Assembly: GCA_964510585.1 (NCBI GenBank)
Contig: CAZECW010000076.1
Coordinates: 29,884-61,883 of the forward strand
Direction of reading: 5' to 3'
Length of the DNA stretch: 32,000 nt
Origin: an uncultured archaeon
GTDB taxonomy: Archaea; Asgardarchaeota; Jordiarchaeia; Jordiarchaeales; Jordiarchaeaceae
In this document: positions 9,951-19,037 of the stretch, piece by piece
Layout of the letters: every line of letters begins with the position of its first letter
How positions within the stretch are numbered: the first letter of the stretch is position 1
Program-made: the position numbers and the translations under genes
Notes under the pieces: generated by a model
The model's database searches: none
The model's input: the letters and a program-made list of their open reading frames with translations, nothing else
Told to the model about the DNA's origin: nothing

Positions 9951-10199
9951 TTGCAGAGTAAAATAGGTATAAACACATCCAGGTGCAGTGCATGTAAAAT
10001 ATGCCAGGTTTTCTGCGCGGCTTGGAACACGGGAACTGTGAATCCCAAGAAGGCGCACATCAGAGTTGTAAATATGTTCCCCACACCCAAGATTGAGTTT
10101 CTTGAGAGCTGTAATTTCTGTGCATCATTGGATGTTGAAATTCCGATCTGTGTAAAGTACTGCAACAGAAATGCATTAACACTAAGGGAGGAACACTAA
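9951..10199 (+). CDS. 2x[4Fe-4S] ferredoxin, partner of AOR
   Basis: CSACKICQVFC and CNFC-x9-CVKYC motifs; stop codon abuts the AOR ATG (TAAATG). Confidence 0.82.
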   Translation: MQSKIGINTSRCSACKICQVFCAAWNTGTVNPKKAHIRVVNMFPTPKIEFLESCNFCASLDVEIPICVKYCNRNALTLREEH

Positions 10200-12026
10200 A
10201 TGGATATTGGAGGATACACGGGCAAAAACTTGTTAATAGACGTTTCTAAAGGAAGCTTCAAAACACTAAACTGGATGAATCAGAAAAACCAGTGGCTAAA
10301 ACTAATTGGAGGAAGGGGCTTCGGAGCAAAAATAATATGGGAGAATACAAGCGCCAAAACCAATCCGCTCAGCCCAGAGAGTCTTATAACCTTAAACACT
10401 GGTCCACTCACAGGACTACCCATCCCTGGATCAGGTAGAATATCTTTCTGCGCAATAAGTCCTCTCACGGGAATTTGGGCGGACAGCAGCATGGGAGGAG
10501 CCGCAGGAACAGAGATTAAACAATGTGGATACGATTCGATTATCATAAAGGGCAGAAGCAAAAAACCAATTTATCTACACATAAATGATAATGGGGTGGA
10601 CTTCGAGGACGCCGAACACTTGTGGGGTAAGGGTAGTTTCGAAACAGAAACCATAATCAAAGACGAATTAACCAATGATGCTAGTGTCCTAACCATAGGT
10701 CCCGCCGGAGAAAACAGAGTGCTTTTCGCCTGTATATCAACTGAGTATGGACGACAAGCAGGAAGAGCAGGAATGGGAGCAATTCTCGGATCAAAGAATA
10801 TTAAGGCAATTGCCATAAGCGGAACAAAAGACATACCCGTGACAGACCTGAAAAAAGTTATTGAAATCACAGACCAAGCAATAGAGTATATGATGAAAAA
10901 CGATCCAGAACGCTACGATGTTTTCACACGCCACGGAACAACTATGGCTCTTGACTGGGCCCAAGAGGTTGCGTGCCTACCAACCCGCAACTTCCAAGAA
11001 AACGTTTTTGAACAATCAGAAAGCATAAACGCTGAAAGCATGGAACAAAAAATCAAGGTAGGAGACAGAGGCTGCTACTGCTGCCCACTTGCATGTGGCA
11101 AATTAACAAAAACGAAAGTCAACGGAGAACAAGTGTACGTCGAGGGACCAGAATATGAAACACTAGCCCTCCTGGGATCAAACTTGGGGCTGGGAAACAT
11201 AGAAGCCATAGCAGCGGCAAATTATCTCTGCGACCAATATGGCATAGACACCATTTCGACAGGTGTTGTCATAGGATTCGCCATAGAATGCGCACAGAAA
11301 GGAAAAATCTCACTAGACGGCTTAAAGGCCGAGTGGGGCAATACAGAAACCATATTCAAACTGATAGAGAAAATAGCTAACCTTGAAGGTGTAGGAAAAA
11401 CACTAGCTCAAGGAGTGAAAAAGGCAGCCGAAATCTTTGGCAATAACTGTCAATCCCTAGCTATGCACGTCAAGGGACTAGAGCAGTCAGGATATGAAAC
11501 AAGATCCACACCTGGAATGGCCCTAGCCTACGGCACTTCAGATCTTGGGGCCCACCACAGCCGATCCACGATAGTAGGATGGGAAACAGCGACAGACCGC
11601 TTTGGAATCAACAAGCAAAAGGTAGAAATGCAAATATTCCTACAGCACCAGCGCAGTCTATTCGACGCCCTAGGAACCTGCAGATTTCAGTACTGCGAAG
11701 CCAAACTTCCACCTGAGAATTTCTACCCAAGATACTACATTGCTGCAACAGGATTAAACACAAGCCAAGAAGAGCTACTTCTGGGCGCAGAAAGAATATT
11801 CAATTTGACTCGTATGGTTAACGTTAGGCTTGGAATCTCAAGGAAAGACGATTACCCACCAGCCAGAGTGTTTGAAGAGCCCCTACCAAGCGGACCATAC
11901 AAGGGTAAAAAGATGAACAGAGAAGACTACGACAAACTTTTGGACATGTACTACGAATTAAGAGGATGGGATAAAAACGGAATCCCCACCAAAGAAAAAC
12001 TAGACGCACTGGAACTACAACTGTAA
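10200..12026 (+). CDS. aor: Aldehyde:ferredoxin oxidoreductase family protein (tungstopterin, 4Fe-4S)
   Basis: SPLTG, GRAGMGAILGSKNIKAI, GCYCCPLACGK, EGPEYET, DQYGIDTIS, HVKGLE, DALGTCRF, YYELRGWD; GGAGG RBS. Substrate subclass cannot be assigned. Confidence 0.93.
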   Translation: MDIGGYTGKNLLIDVSKGSFKTLNWMNQKNQWLKLIGGRGFGAKIIWENTSAKTNPLSPESLITLNTGPLTGLPIPGSGRISFCAISPLTGIWADSSMGGAAGTEIKQCGYDSIIIKGRSKKPIYLHINDNGVDFEDAEHLWGKGSFETETIIKDELTNDASVLTIGPAGENRVLFACISTEYGRQAGRAGMGAILGSKNIKAIAISGTKDIPVTDLKKVIEITDQAIEYMMKNDPERYDVFTRHGTTMALDWAQEVACLPTRNFQENVFEQSESINAESMEQKIKVGDRGCYCCPLACGKLTKTKVNGEQVYVEGPEYETLALLGSNLGLGNIEAIAAANYLCDQYGIDTISTGVVIGFAIECAQKGKISLDGLKAEWGNTETIFKLIEKIANLEGVGKTLAQGVKKAAEIFGNNCQSLAMHVKGLEQSGYETRSTPGMALAYGTSDLGAHHSRSTIVGWETATDRFGINKQKVEMQIFLQHQRSLFDALGTCRFQYCEAKLPPENFYPRYYIAATGLNTSQEELLLGAERIFNLTRMVNVRLGISRKDDYPPARVFEEPLPSGPYKGKKMNREDYDKLLDMYYELRGWDKNGIPTKEKLDALELQL

Positions 12027-12043
12027 TAATGCGAGGTAGACTC

Positions 12044-12049
12044 TTTTTT
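12044..12049 (+). terminator. Putative oligo-T archaeal terminator of the ferredoxin-aor unit
   Basis: T6 run 18 nt after the aor stop, followed by further T-rich tracts. Confidence 0.35.
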
Positions 12050-12248
12050 ATCCTCTTACAACCTTTTTACAAACCCACATTCTACACGTTTCTTAAAAAT
12101 TCTTTGTTTCTTCCCGTTACTTGTTTTTTCTTATGGCGGCGATTTGGAACTTCACCTAATTTATGCGGAAAACATTTCTACCTACTACTAAGGACTGCCG
12201 GTTAGGTCAAAAAATAAAAATGAACCTAAAGGAAGGTAGAGTATTGAC

Positions 12249-12276
12249 CTCTCCAAGTTTGGGAAAAGTTGGAGAG
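12249..12276. repeat. Inverted repeat (hairpin) between convergent genes
   Basis: CTCTCCAA-12 nt-TTGGAGAG, perfect 8-bp arms, 19 nt beyond the stop of the 12295 gene. Confidence 0.5.
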
Positions 12277-12294
12277 ATGGAAGTATTCCAGAGT

Positions 12295-13911
12295 TTATTC
12301 GAGCTTTCTAGCTCTCACCAGGTTTTCCCTTAGGGGTCTTGAGAGTTCCTCAATGTATCCCTCCATGGCGCTTATGACGGCAATCATTTGTTTTGCGCCT
12401 GGAGTTTTGGGGGCGAATAGGATTTCTTCCCGGTCTCTTAGTAGTCCAATCAGGTTTTCTGTCTCTGATATCTTAACTGTGGTGTTTGGTCTTGTGGCAA
12501 GTTTTTTGAGAATGTTGGGGTTTCCTGTGGTAGATATCTCCACTTTGACCCTGGGATTTATGGCGGAAATTGCCTCTGCATCTTTTTCGTCCAGATTGGG
12601 CAGAACTATCAGGATATTTGACTTGGTTTGCGCCATGGATTTCCTCATGAACTCTTTTATGTTGTCATAGCCGGAAATGACTCCGGTTCCCACGACTTCA
12701 GTCATAGTTAGCTCTTTAATCTGTTTTAGAGCGGAGAGCGCTTTTCCTTTAGCATCTGCAATTTGACTGTCAACCTGTGTTTTAACTGGTTTGAGGGCGG
12801 TATCAACATTGCCTGCAATCCGTGTGGTTTGTTCCTTCACACTATTTGAGGCGCCTGAAAGGAAGACGCCCATTTTTTCTTTAGTATCGTTTACCGCAGT
12901 TTTTCTCTTTGCCCCCTCAGCGGCTATCTTGTCTTGTATACTTTTTGATGCAGTTAGCAAAGCTTTGGAGGAACTGGAGCTTGTGGCGTCAATTGAGGAT
13001 TCAATGTCGGTTCTTAAATTGTCGAAGTTATCCTTAACTTCTCTGGTTGTTTTGTCTATGGAGGCGGTTAGTTGATTTTCAAAACTTGTGGAGAAACTGT
13101 TAAGATTGGATTCGATGGTTTCTCTAAGTTTTGTAACGTCTTTGGTTACATTCTCGGACGAGAGCGTGGTGATGTCGTTAGTTTTTGTCTTTATGCTTTT
13201 TAAGGATTCTAAAACATTCGATTCTGTTCCGCTCAGAGACTCTTCTAACTGTTGCTTTACGGATAATACATGTTGATTTAAGGTTTCCAGTTGATTCGCC
13301 ACATCGGAGAGGACGCTTTCTATACTACTTCTTGCCCTTAAAAGTGAGTCTCTGGAGGAAGAAGAGGAGACGTCTATACTTGACCCAATCTCATTTTTTA
13401 ACCCACTTATGGTGCTTTGGAAACTTCTTAAACTCTCATTTAGATTGGATGAAACTCGGGTATTCAAATCTTTAACCCGGTCGCCGAGCAGTGTCTGCAA
13501 CCCGCTCTTAAGTTCCAAGTTCTTAGAGGCAAACTGGGTACTAGTGCTATCTAAATCTTTACCAACCTTATCCTTTAACTGAGTCAGAGCAGTAGAAAGA
13601 TTTTTTTCTTCGGAAGAAAAACCTGCAGATACACTTCCCACAATGGACTTTAGTATAGCCTCATCAGAGATGAGAAGATCCTCCAAACTTTTAGTCAACT
13701 CTATTCTGTAATTCGAAAACATGCCCCCTAGATCCGCAGCGAGCTTTTCAAGGCTTGCTTTGGTTTCCTGGTTGACCCCAGTTAACCTTTCACCGATAAA
13801 ACTAGCTAAGTTGTCTAACTGTCGTGAAATCTCCTCAGCGTTTTTGTCCACCTTCATTTTCAGTTCATCTATACTCTTTTTAAGAGTCTGAACCACAGTA
13901 ACATCAGACAT
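12295..13911 (-). CDS. Long Ser/Thr-rich alpha-helical repeat protein with C-terminal TrmB-C/PLD-like alpha-beta domain
   Basis: About 400 aa of amphipathic helix, then GVISGYDNIKEFMRKSMAQTKSNILIVLP...LIGLLRDREEILFAP with no HKD motif. ATG 13911 follows AGGAGG, so the track start at 14019 is too long. Confidence 0.78.
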   Translation of the reverse strand: MSDVTVVQTLKKSIDELKMKVDKNAEEISRQLDNLASFIGERLTGVNQETKASLEKLAADLGGMFSNYRIELTKSLEDLLISDEAILKSIVGSVSAGFSSEEKNLSTALTQLKDKVGKDLDSTSTQFASKNLELKSGLQTLLGDRVKDLNTRVSSNLNESLRSFQSTISGLKNEIGSSIDVSSSSSRDSLLRARSSIESVLSDVANQLETLNQHVLSVKQQLEESLSGTESNVLESLKSIKTKTNDITTLSSENVTKDVTKLRETIESNLNSFSTSFENQLTASIDKTTREVKDNFDNLRTDIESSIDATSSSSSKALLTASKSIQDKIAAEGAKRKTAVNDTKEKMGVFLSGASNSVKEQTTRIAGNVDTALKPVKTQVDSQIADAKGKALSALKQIKELTMTEVVGTGVISGYDNIKEFMRKSMAQTKSNILIVLPNLDEKDAEAISAINPRVKVEISTTGNPNILKKLATRPNTTVKISETENLIGLLRDREEILFAPKTPGAKQMIAVISAMEGYIEELSRPLRENLVRARKLE

Positions 13912-14204
13912 CAGATTCCTCCTAAAAGGTGTATTCACCATCACAGTTAGATACTTATTTAAGAGAAATAAAAATTGACATCCAATAATTAATTTCGACA
14001 TTTTAGTTAATAAGTTCATTGGAAACCGTGTTATACTCAGAAACTTTAGCGAAGCTTTAGGAGCATTCTTTTCTGTGGCGCTCCTTTAACGAAAAAGAGT
14101 AAAAAGGCAGATTGCACATCTGTTTTTATCCAAAAATTCTTACAAACATTATCATAGTGAGAAAATCTCACTTTTCTAAAATGACAAAAAATAAAAACTT
14201 ACTC

Positions 14205-15065
14205 TCAAGCTTCCCTAGTAACTAGTTCAATGAAGCCTTCCATTAGAAAATATCCTAGAACAACCTTGACGAAACCTGGATTAAGTCTTAAATCCTGGGC
14301 GATTTTCTTTACAGAACGTTTTCCATCGTTGGCGAAAAGAATTTCCACTCCCTTTACACCATAAATTTTTTGAATTTTTTCAAGTTGGTAGACTCCTTTC
14401 ATTAGAGCTTCCCATGTTCTTGGAGAAATCTGGTACACGTCATCCTCAAGAACCTTAACCTTAAAACGGATTAAGCCCCTAACCACAAAACTACGAATTT
14501 CCTCCAAAATCTCGCTGATGTCGTAGCCGCTCTTTCTTGAGATTTCTTGCAAGTTGGTGTTCGGGTCCTCCTTCAAAATTTGTAGAATGGTGGACATTTT
14601 GGGGCTTAGCTCAACATTTTTACTGAGTCTCGTGAGGAGTTCGGGAACATATTGAGGTAATATGGACTGCGCGGGAAAAACCCTAAACACATCACTTCTA
14701 AAATCGTCAAAAACCCCGATTTCCCCCTTCCATTCTTTAATTTTGGAACCAAACTTCTTTTCAAATGCGCCTACAAGCTCTTTCAGTTTTGCTCTCACTT
14801 CAGGAACACTCTTGTCCACAATTAGTAGGCCATAAACGTGATCCCCTCTTTCTACTATTAGGCTGAAACTGCCCCTATCTATAGTTTTCAACCAGTCATC
14901 GCCCATCTTAGGTAGCAGTTCCTCGGAAAAAGAGACTATGGCGGAAATAAATCCAGACAATCTATCGGGGTCAACTTCAACACCGCTGAACTTTTGATAG
15001 TACATGCACTTTCCGGAATCTCTCTCAATAAAATACAAAGCGTAAATGTTGGGTTCGCTAATCAT
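14205..15065 (-). CDS. Longin-like domain protein with two C-terminal winged-helix domains (Asgard-type; NPRL2-like architecture)
   Basis: IYALYFIERDSGKCMYYQKF...DPDRLSGFISAIVSFSEEL...LKELVGAFEKKF...WKGEIGVFDDF (longin), then HTH1 LQEISRKSGYDISEILEEIRSFVVRGLI and HTH2 ILFANDGKRSVKKIAQDL...YFLMEGFIELV. Confidence 0.72.
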   Translation of the reverse strand: MISEPNIYALYFIERDSGKCMYYQKFSGVEVDPDRLSGFISAIVSFSEELLPKMGDDWLKTIDRGSFSLIVERGDHVYGLLIVDKSVPEVRAKLKELVGAFEKKFGSKIKEWKGEIGVFDDFRSDVFRVFPAQSILPQYVPELLTRLSKNVELSPKMSTILQILKEDPNTNLQEISRKSGYDISEILEEIRSFVVRGLIRFKVKVLEDDVYQISPRTWEALMKGVYQLEKIQKIYGVKGVEILFANDGKRSVKKIAQDLRLNPGFVKVVLGYFLMEGFIELVTREA

Positions 15066-15356
15066 TTGGAAAGACCCCCTTTAATTTTTGGCAAGATTAC
15101 CCCCTCGATTTTCACACGCCTCTCTCAGGCTTTAAACCTCCTAGAGTTTTTTAGCCGGGTGAGGTTGTTCAACTCTCTTTTGTAGTTTATCCTCCTAAAA
15201 GTAAATAAATTTATCGTATAAAAATGGTTTAAACATTAAAAAATAGTCAGTCTCAATTCGTTTAAAGTAGTAAAAAGGAAAAATCCGAATTGAAATTGAA
15301 TCGAAAATCGAACATAACAAATTCTTACATGTGACAAGAAGCGGGTTGTGTTTATG

Positions 15357-16724
15357 TCAGTGTTTCTTTCTCTCCTCCTGGACGATATGCTGCCTCCTGT
15401 TAATCAACCTTGTGAATCTTTCTGATGAGGAGAGCCATAGAATAGCTGCCAACACAATTTGAGAAATTAGGAATGCTGCCGCAAAACCCAAAGCTTGGAA
15501 ACGCTGGCCTAACAACAGTATTCCCAGAACGTCAACCACAAGTGCTGAAATATATCCTACAAGTACAATTTTTGACCGTTCCGCACTCAGAAGTATGGAG
15601 GACTTTATGTTGGCGAGGGTTGCGGGAATCACGGCTAGGGAAATGAGTTGAGTCGTTGGAACGCTACCAGTAAAATTGGGGAAGAGCCAGTTAATGATAT
15701 ATGGAGCTAAGAAGACACCAAGAACAGTAATGGCGATAGCGGCCAGCATACCAATAATTTCTACTTCGCGTCTTACAGAACCAGCAGACTTCTCTGGAAG
15801 CAGGTATGAAAGTAAACTCTGGGGGACAATCAAAAAGATTAGAAGAAATTGGAAAGCCAAATTGTAAGTCCCCAAGAAAAGCAGACCGAAAAATAAACCA
15901 ATAACGACTTTATCAAGAACAGTTCTTGAAGCTTGAGCCAAACCCATCCCCCATGTATGAAGGGTAAAGGTCAACTTTGAACGGATCTCCGCAAAATGAA
16001 AAGACACTCTTCGAACACTGAAAAGGTATCTAAAATAATCATAACTAACCAGAAAGAACGGGACAATGTAGGCCACCAACATCAACTTCTCAATATCCTT
16101 GAGAAAATAACCTGAAAAAGCACAAAAAAAGTAGAAAACCACCACCAAGCCAATTTCTACAATCCGGACGGAAGAAGTAATAAAAGCAAACTTTCTATAT
16201 TCTCGCCTACCCAAAGCCTGAGCCAAAGCAACAGTATAGAAAACAATGCCCAAAACCAGCGGAAGCACGAAAAGAAAATCTACATTTCCACCTAGCAGCG
16301 CCTGCATCGAAAATTGCAAACTATATAAAGTATCAGAACCAACCGGAGCAGGAAAGAAAAAGACATACAGAACGGTTAATACACCCACAATTAATCCCAA
16401 AATGAAGGTAAGAAGAACAGACTCCCTAATTAAATCGTCCTTCCCTTCCTTGGGATAAAAAGTAGAAATAGTGGCACTTAAACCCAAAACCGCGATAGAA
16501 GACATGAAAAAACCTAACGAAAGATAATAGGTTATGTAACCATAATTGGTAACGCTCAGTATCCTCGCAGCAATCAGATAAAACAATCCACCTAAAACAG
16601 CATTAATCAAGTTTCCAACAGTAACATAAATAAAACCCTTGACCTTAAGTCCTTGTCTAATCAAAGTGAAAAGGGAGTTCGCATTCAGCACAGAGAACAA
16701 ATCCCGCCTTTTTCTTTCAGCCAT
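15357..16724 (-). CDS. Oligosaccharide flippase (Wzx/MOP superfamily)
   Basis: About 12 hydrophobic segments; ARILSVTNYGYITY, LDKVVIGLFFGLLFLGTYNLAFQF pattern; glycan-locus context. Confidence 0.85.
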   Translation of the reverse strand: MAERKRRDLFSVLNANSLFTLIRQGLKVKGFIYVTVGNLINAVLGGLFYLIAARILSVTNYGYITYYLSLGFFMSSIAVLGLSATISTFYPKEGKDDLIRESVLLTFILGLIVGVLTVLYVFFFPAPVGSDTLYSLQFSMQALLGGNVDFLFVLPLVLGIVFYTVALAQALGRREYRKFAFITSSVRIVEIGLVVVFYFFCAFSGYFLKDIEKLMLVAYIVPFFLVSYDYFRYLFSVRRVSFHFAEIRSKLTFTLHTWGMGLAQASRTVLDKVVIGLFFGLLFLGTYNLAFQFLLIFLIVPQSLLSYLLPEKSAGSVRREVEIIGMLAAIAITVLGVFLAPYIINWLFPNFTGSVPTTQLISLAVIPATLANIKSSILLSAERSKIVLVGYISALVVDVLGILLLGQRFQALGFAAAFLISQIVLAAILWLSSSERFTRLINRRQHIVQEERKKH

Positions 16725-17207
16725 TTCTTGATACCTCTTATGAATGGAGAGTAGCTAAGAACAATACTATTCTTGATGTAAGCCTTCTTAATAACTAATC
16801 TGTAGCGTCATTCGGCCAACGGTAAATAGAAGTGAAGATAAAAAGAGATTGTAGTAAAATCCTATAAACCTTTTGATTAAATTTTAATGGATATAAAAAC
16901 AGGATGTTTAATATTGACTCATGAATTTTTGTTTTGTTCGTGGCTGACGATGCCATCAACTTTTTTCAACTTTCTCCACAAAAGTTTAACATGAAAACGT
17001 TAAAAACTAATCTAGTAGAAGAAAAAGAGAAGCAAAATATTTCCAGTCCACACAACAACATGGCCATGCACCAAGGAGCCTTCATTGGACTTATGGCTCC
17101 TATCCGCTCATTAAGCTTGGGAGTTTTTTATCGCCACAGTACTAGAACACAATCTTATTTAGGTCTATTTGGAATGATGCTGATAAGCGTCTGCTCAGTA
17201 ATCTTTT

Positions 17208-18836
17208 TTAGAGGAATAGGGCGTTGAGCAGTGGCGGGCCGTTGTATCCTTTCTTGAGAAGTATTATTCCATCAATCGCAATTATCAAACCGTATTCTTT
17301 GCTTTCGAGAAGTTTTGGTACAATGTAGCTGAATGATTTTGGTGGATTTGGCCAGTTTGCGTAGTTAAAAGGTTCTATATAGTACCAAACTGTCGTTGTG
17401 TCCACTAAAATATACTCAAATTCAATTTCGGGGTAGTATACAGGGTAAGCGTTTAAATTGTGTGAAAGGTGTGGAAAAATATCATTCTGAGTAGAAACCA
17501 AGGAGTATGGTGGAACTAGCTGCACCACAGATTCTAGTATTCTATCGTGAAGTGTTACCTCTTTGGCTAATCTCAAGGGTGTCCATGCTATTCCGCAGGA
17601 TAGTCCCAGAATTAGCAGTACTATAAGAGTTATTTTAATAGGCTTTTTGGAAATCGTAATAGTTGGGAGAACAAGACGCCTTTTTTTTATTAGGATCCTC
17701 TCCGCGAACCTACTTTTGATTATCTTCTGAGTAACAGTTTTGATAACCGATTCTGTAGTTTTAGCTCCATAAATTGCCGATGCAAAAATAAAGGGTATGA
17801 TGAGGGCGGGATACTGTGTGCCTATGGGCAGGTAGTAATTTGGGATGAGGGACAACATAGAAGCTGTTAGCCAGGGGGTTGCTATTAAAAGAGAGGGGGG
17901 ATTCAGGAATGATAAAAATGCGAGGGGAGCAAATAGCACCAACAAATAGAAAGTTTTAGCTTGGAAGGGAGTAAATGCTAGTTGAAGGGCATAGAGGGGG
18001 TTTAAAACGATGTTTCTTATTATCCCAAGCAGGCCTACCCCTAAATATCCCCACAAAAAGTAATATGATTGACCAGTTAAACTATATGATTCAATAATTT
18101 TGCTAGCCATCACATACCATAAAGCACTCGTCCCCAAGGTTATTATTGAGAAAATGATCCCACTGTCTCTAGCTAATTCTCTTGGTGCGAGTATCAAGTA
18201 GGTTAATATTTTTCTTCGGTTTACCCATAGCCCGTAGAGTCCCATAAAAAACACTATGAGTGTAACAGTTTCTTTGCACATCATTCCTAAAACTATCAAG
18301 AGAAAATAGAAGAAATATTTTCTCTTTTTGAATAGATAAAAAGCAGCCCCTAGAAAAAAGGGCACAAGACATTCGGGGTGGAAATCGTACCAGTTAACAC
18401 CCTGAAGAGGAGGATAAAGCAAGTATAAAGTGGCAAATAGCAACGCTACATTTCTACTTCTAAAATTATTTGCTGCAAGGTAAAAAATGGGAACCGCCCC
18501 CAAGGACAGAAAGAAGGACTGCAAAACCAGAAGTGTCAAAGGACTAGGATAAACTAGGTAGGCGGGAAGGAACAATAAAAGTATAGGATCAAAATGCGTT
18601 TTAAAGTGAATGCCCAATTCCGGAGTATTATAAAGGAAGAGACCGTATTGCGAGGTAGACCACAAGCTCTGTTCAAAAATTCCCAAGTCACCCGCATATG
18701 TATCAAAAGTATAGTATTTAAGGACGGTAAAGTAGGAAAATATTAGAGTATAAACTACGAGAGCCCCAAACAAAATACCAGAAGCCTTTTTCTCAGTGAA
18801 CTCCAGAATCTCTCGTATTGCTACAACCCTATCCAT
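17208..18836 (-). CDS. DUF2079 family membrane protein (predicted GT-C glycosyltransferase)
   Basis: DLGIFEQSLW, HFDPILLLFLPAYLVYPSPLTLLVLQ, NWYDFHPE, CKE, QYPALIIP, VSTQNDIFPHLS motifs; multi-pass. Confidence 0.85.
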   Translation of the reverse strand: MDRVVAIREILEFTEKKASGILFGALVVYTLIFSYFTVLKYYTFDTYAGDLGIFEQSLWSTSQYGLFLYNTPELGIHFKTHFDPILLLFLPAYLVYPSPLTLLVLQSFFLSLGAVPIFYLAANNFRSRNVALLFATLYLLYPPLQGVNWYDFHPECLVPFFLGAAFYLFKKRKYFFYFLLIVLGMMCKETVTLIVFFMGLYGLWVNRRKILTYLILAPRELARDSGIIFSIITLGTSALWYVMASKIIESYSLTGQSYYFLWGYLGVGLLGIIRNIVLNPLYALQLAFTPFQAKTFYLLVLFAPLAFLSFLNPPSLLIATPWLTASMLSLIPNYYLPIGTQYPALIIPFIFASAIYGAKTTESVIKTVTQKIIKSRFAERILIKKRRLVLPTITISKKPIKITLIVLLILGLSCGIAWTPLRLAKEVTLHDRILESVVQLVPPYSLVSTQNDIFPHLSHNLNAYPVYYPEIEFEYILVDTTTVWYYIEPFNYANWPNPPKSFSYIVPKLLESKEYGLIIAIDGIILLKKGYNGPPLLNALFL

Positions 18837-19037
18837 TTTTCTTCCACCTCAATCTGAAAAGCGTGGTTCCAACCGCTTCATCAAATATTTATTTTTGGTT
18901 CTGCACTTTTTGATATATTAAGCCTTTTCCTTATGGTTTGCATTTCTTTAAATTATGCAGCTCTCACTTGTACAAATCGGGCTCCGGGGAATATGTATGT
19001 ATCATCTGAAGAGGAGGTTTAGTGTAGTTTTTGGTCA

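Noticed and set aside
13912-14019. N-terminal extension of the helical protein given in the ORF track
   Set aside because: AGGAGG lies just upstream of ATG 13911, so the extension is probably non-coding.
14156-14172. Small inverted repeat AGTGAGA-AAA-TCTCACT
   Set aside because: Single 7-bp IR with no other copies; compatible with chance or a simple terminator.
15062-15200. Two TAGGAGG motifs and a TGA-interrupted short frame upstream of the longin gene (possible leader peptide or Sec readthrough)
   Set aside because: No well-spaced start codon, no Cys/Sec-type context and no SECIS-like hairpin seen.
16934-17227. 97-aa plus-strand ORF between the flippase and DUF2079 genes
   Set aside because: TTG start without an RBS, no motif, overlaps the DUF2079 end. 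May be a decayed gene but is unsupported.
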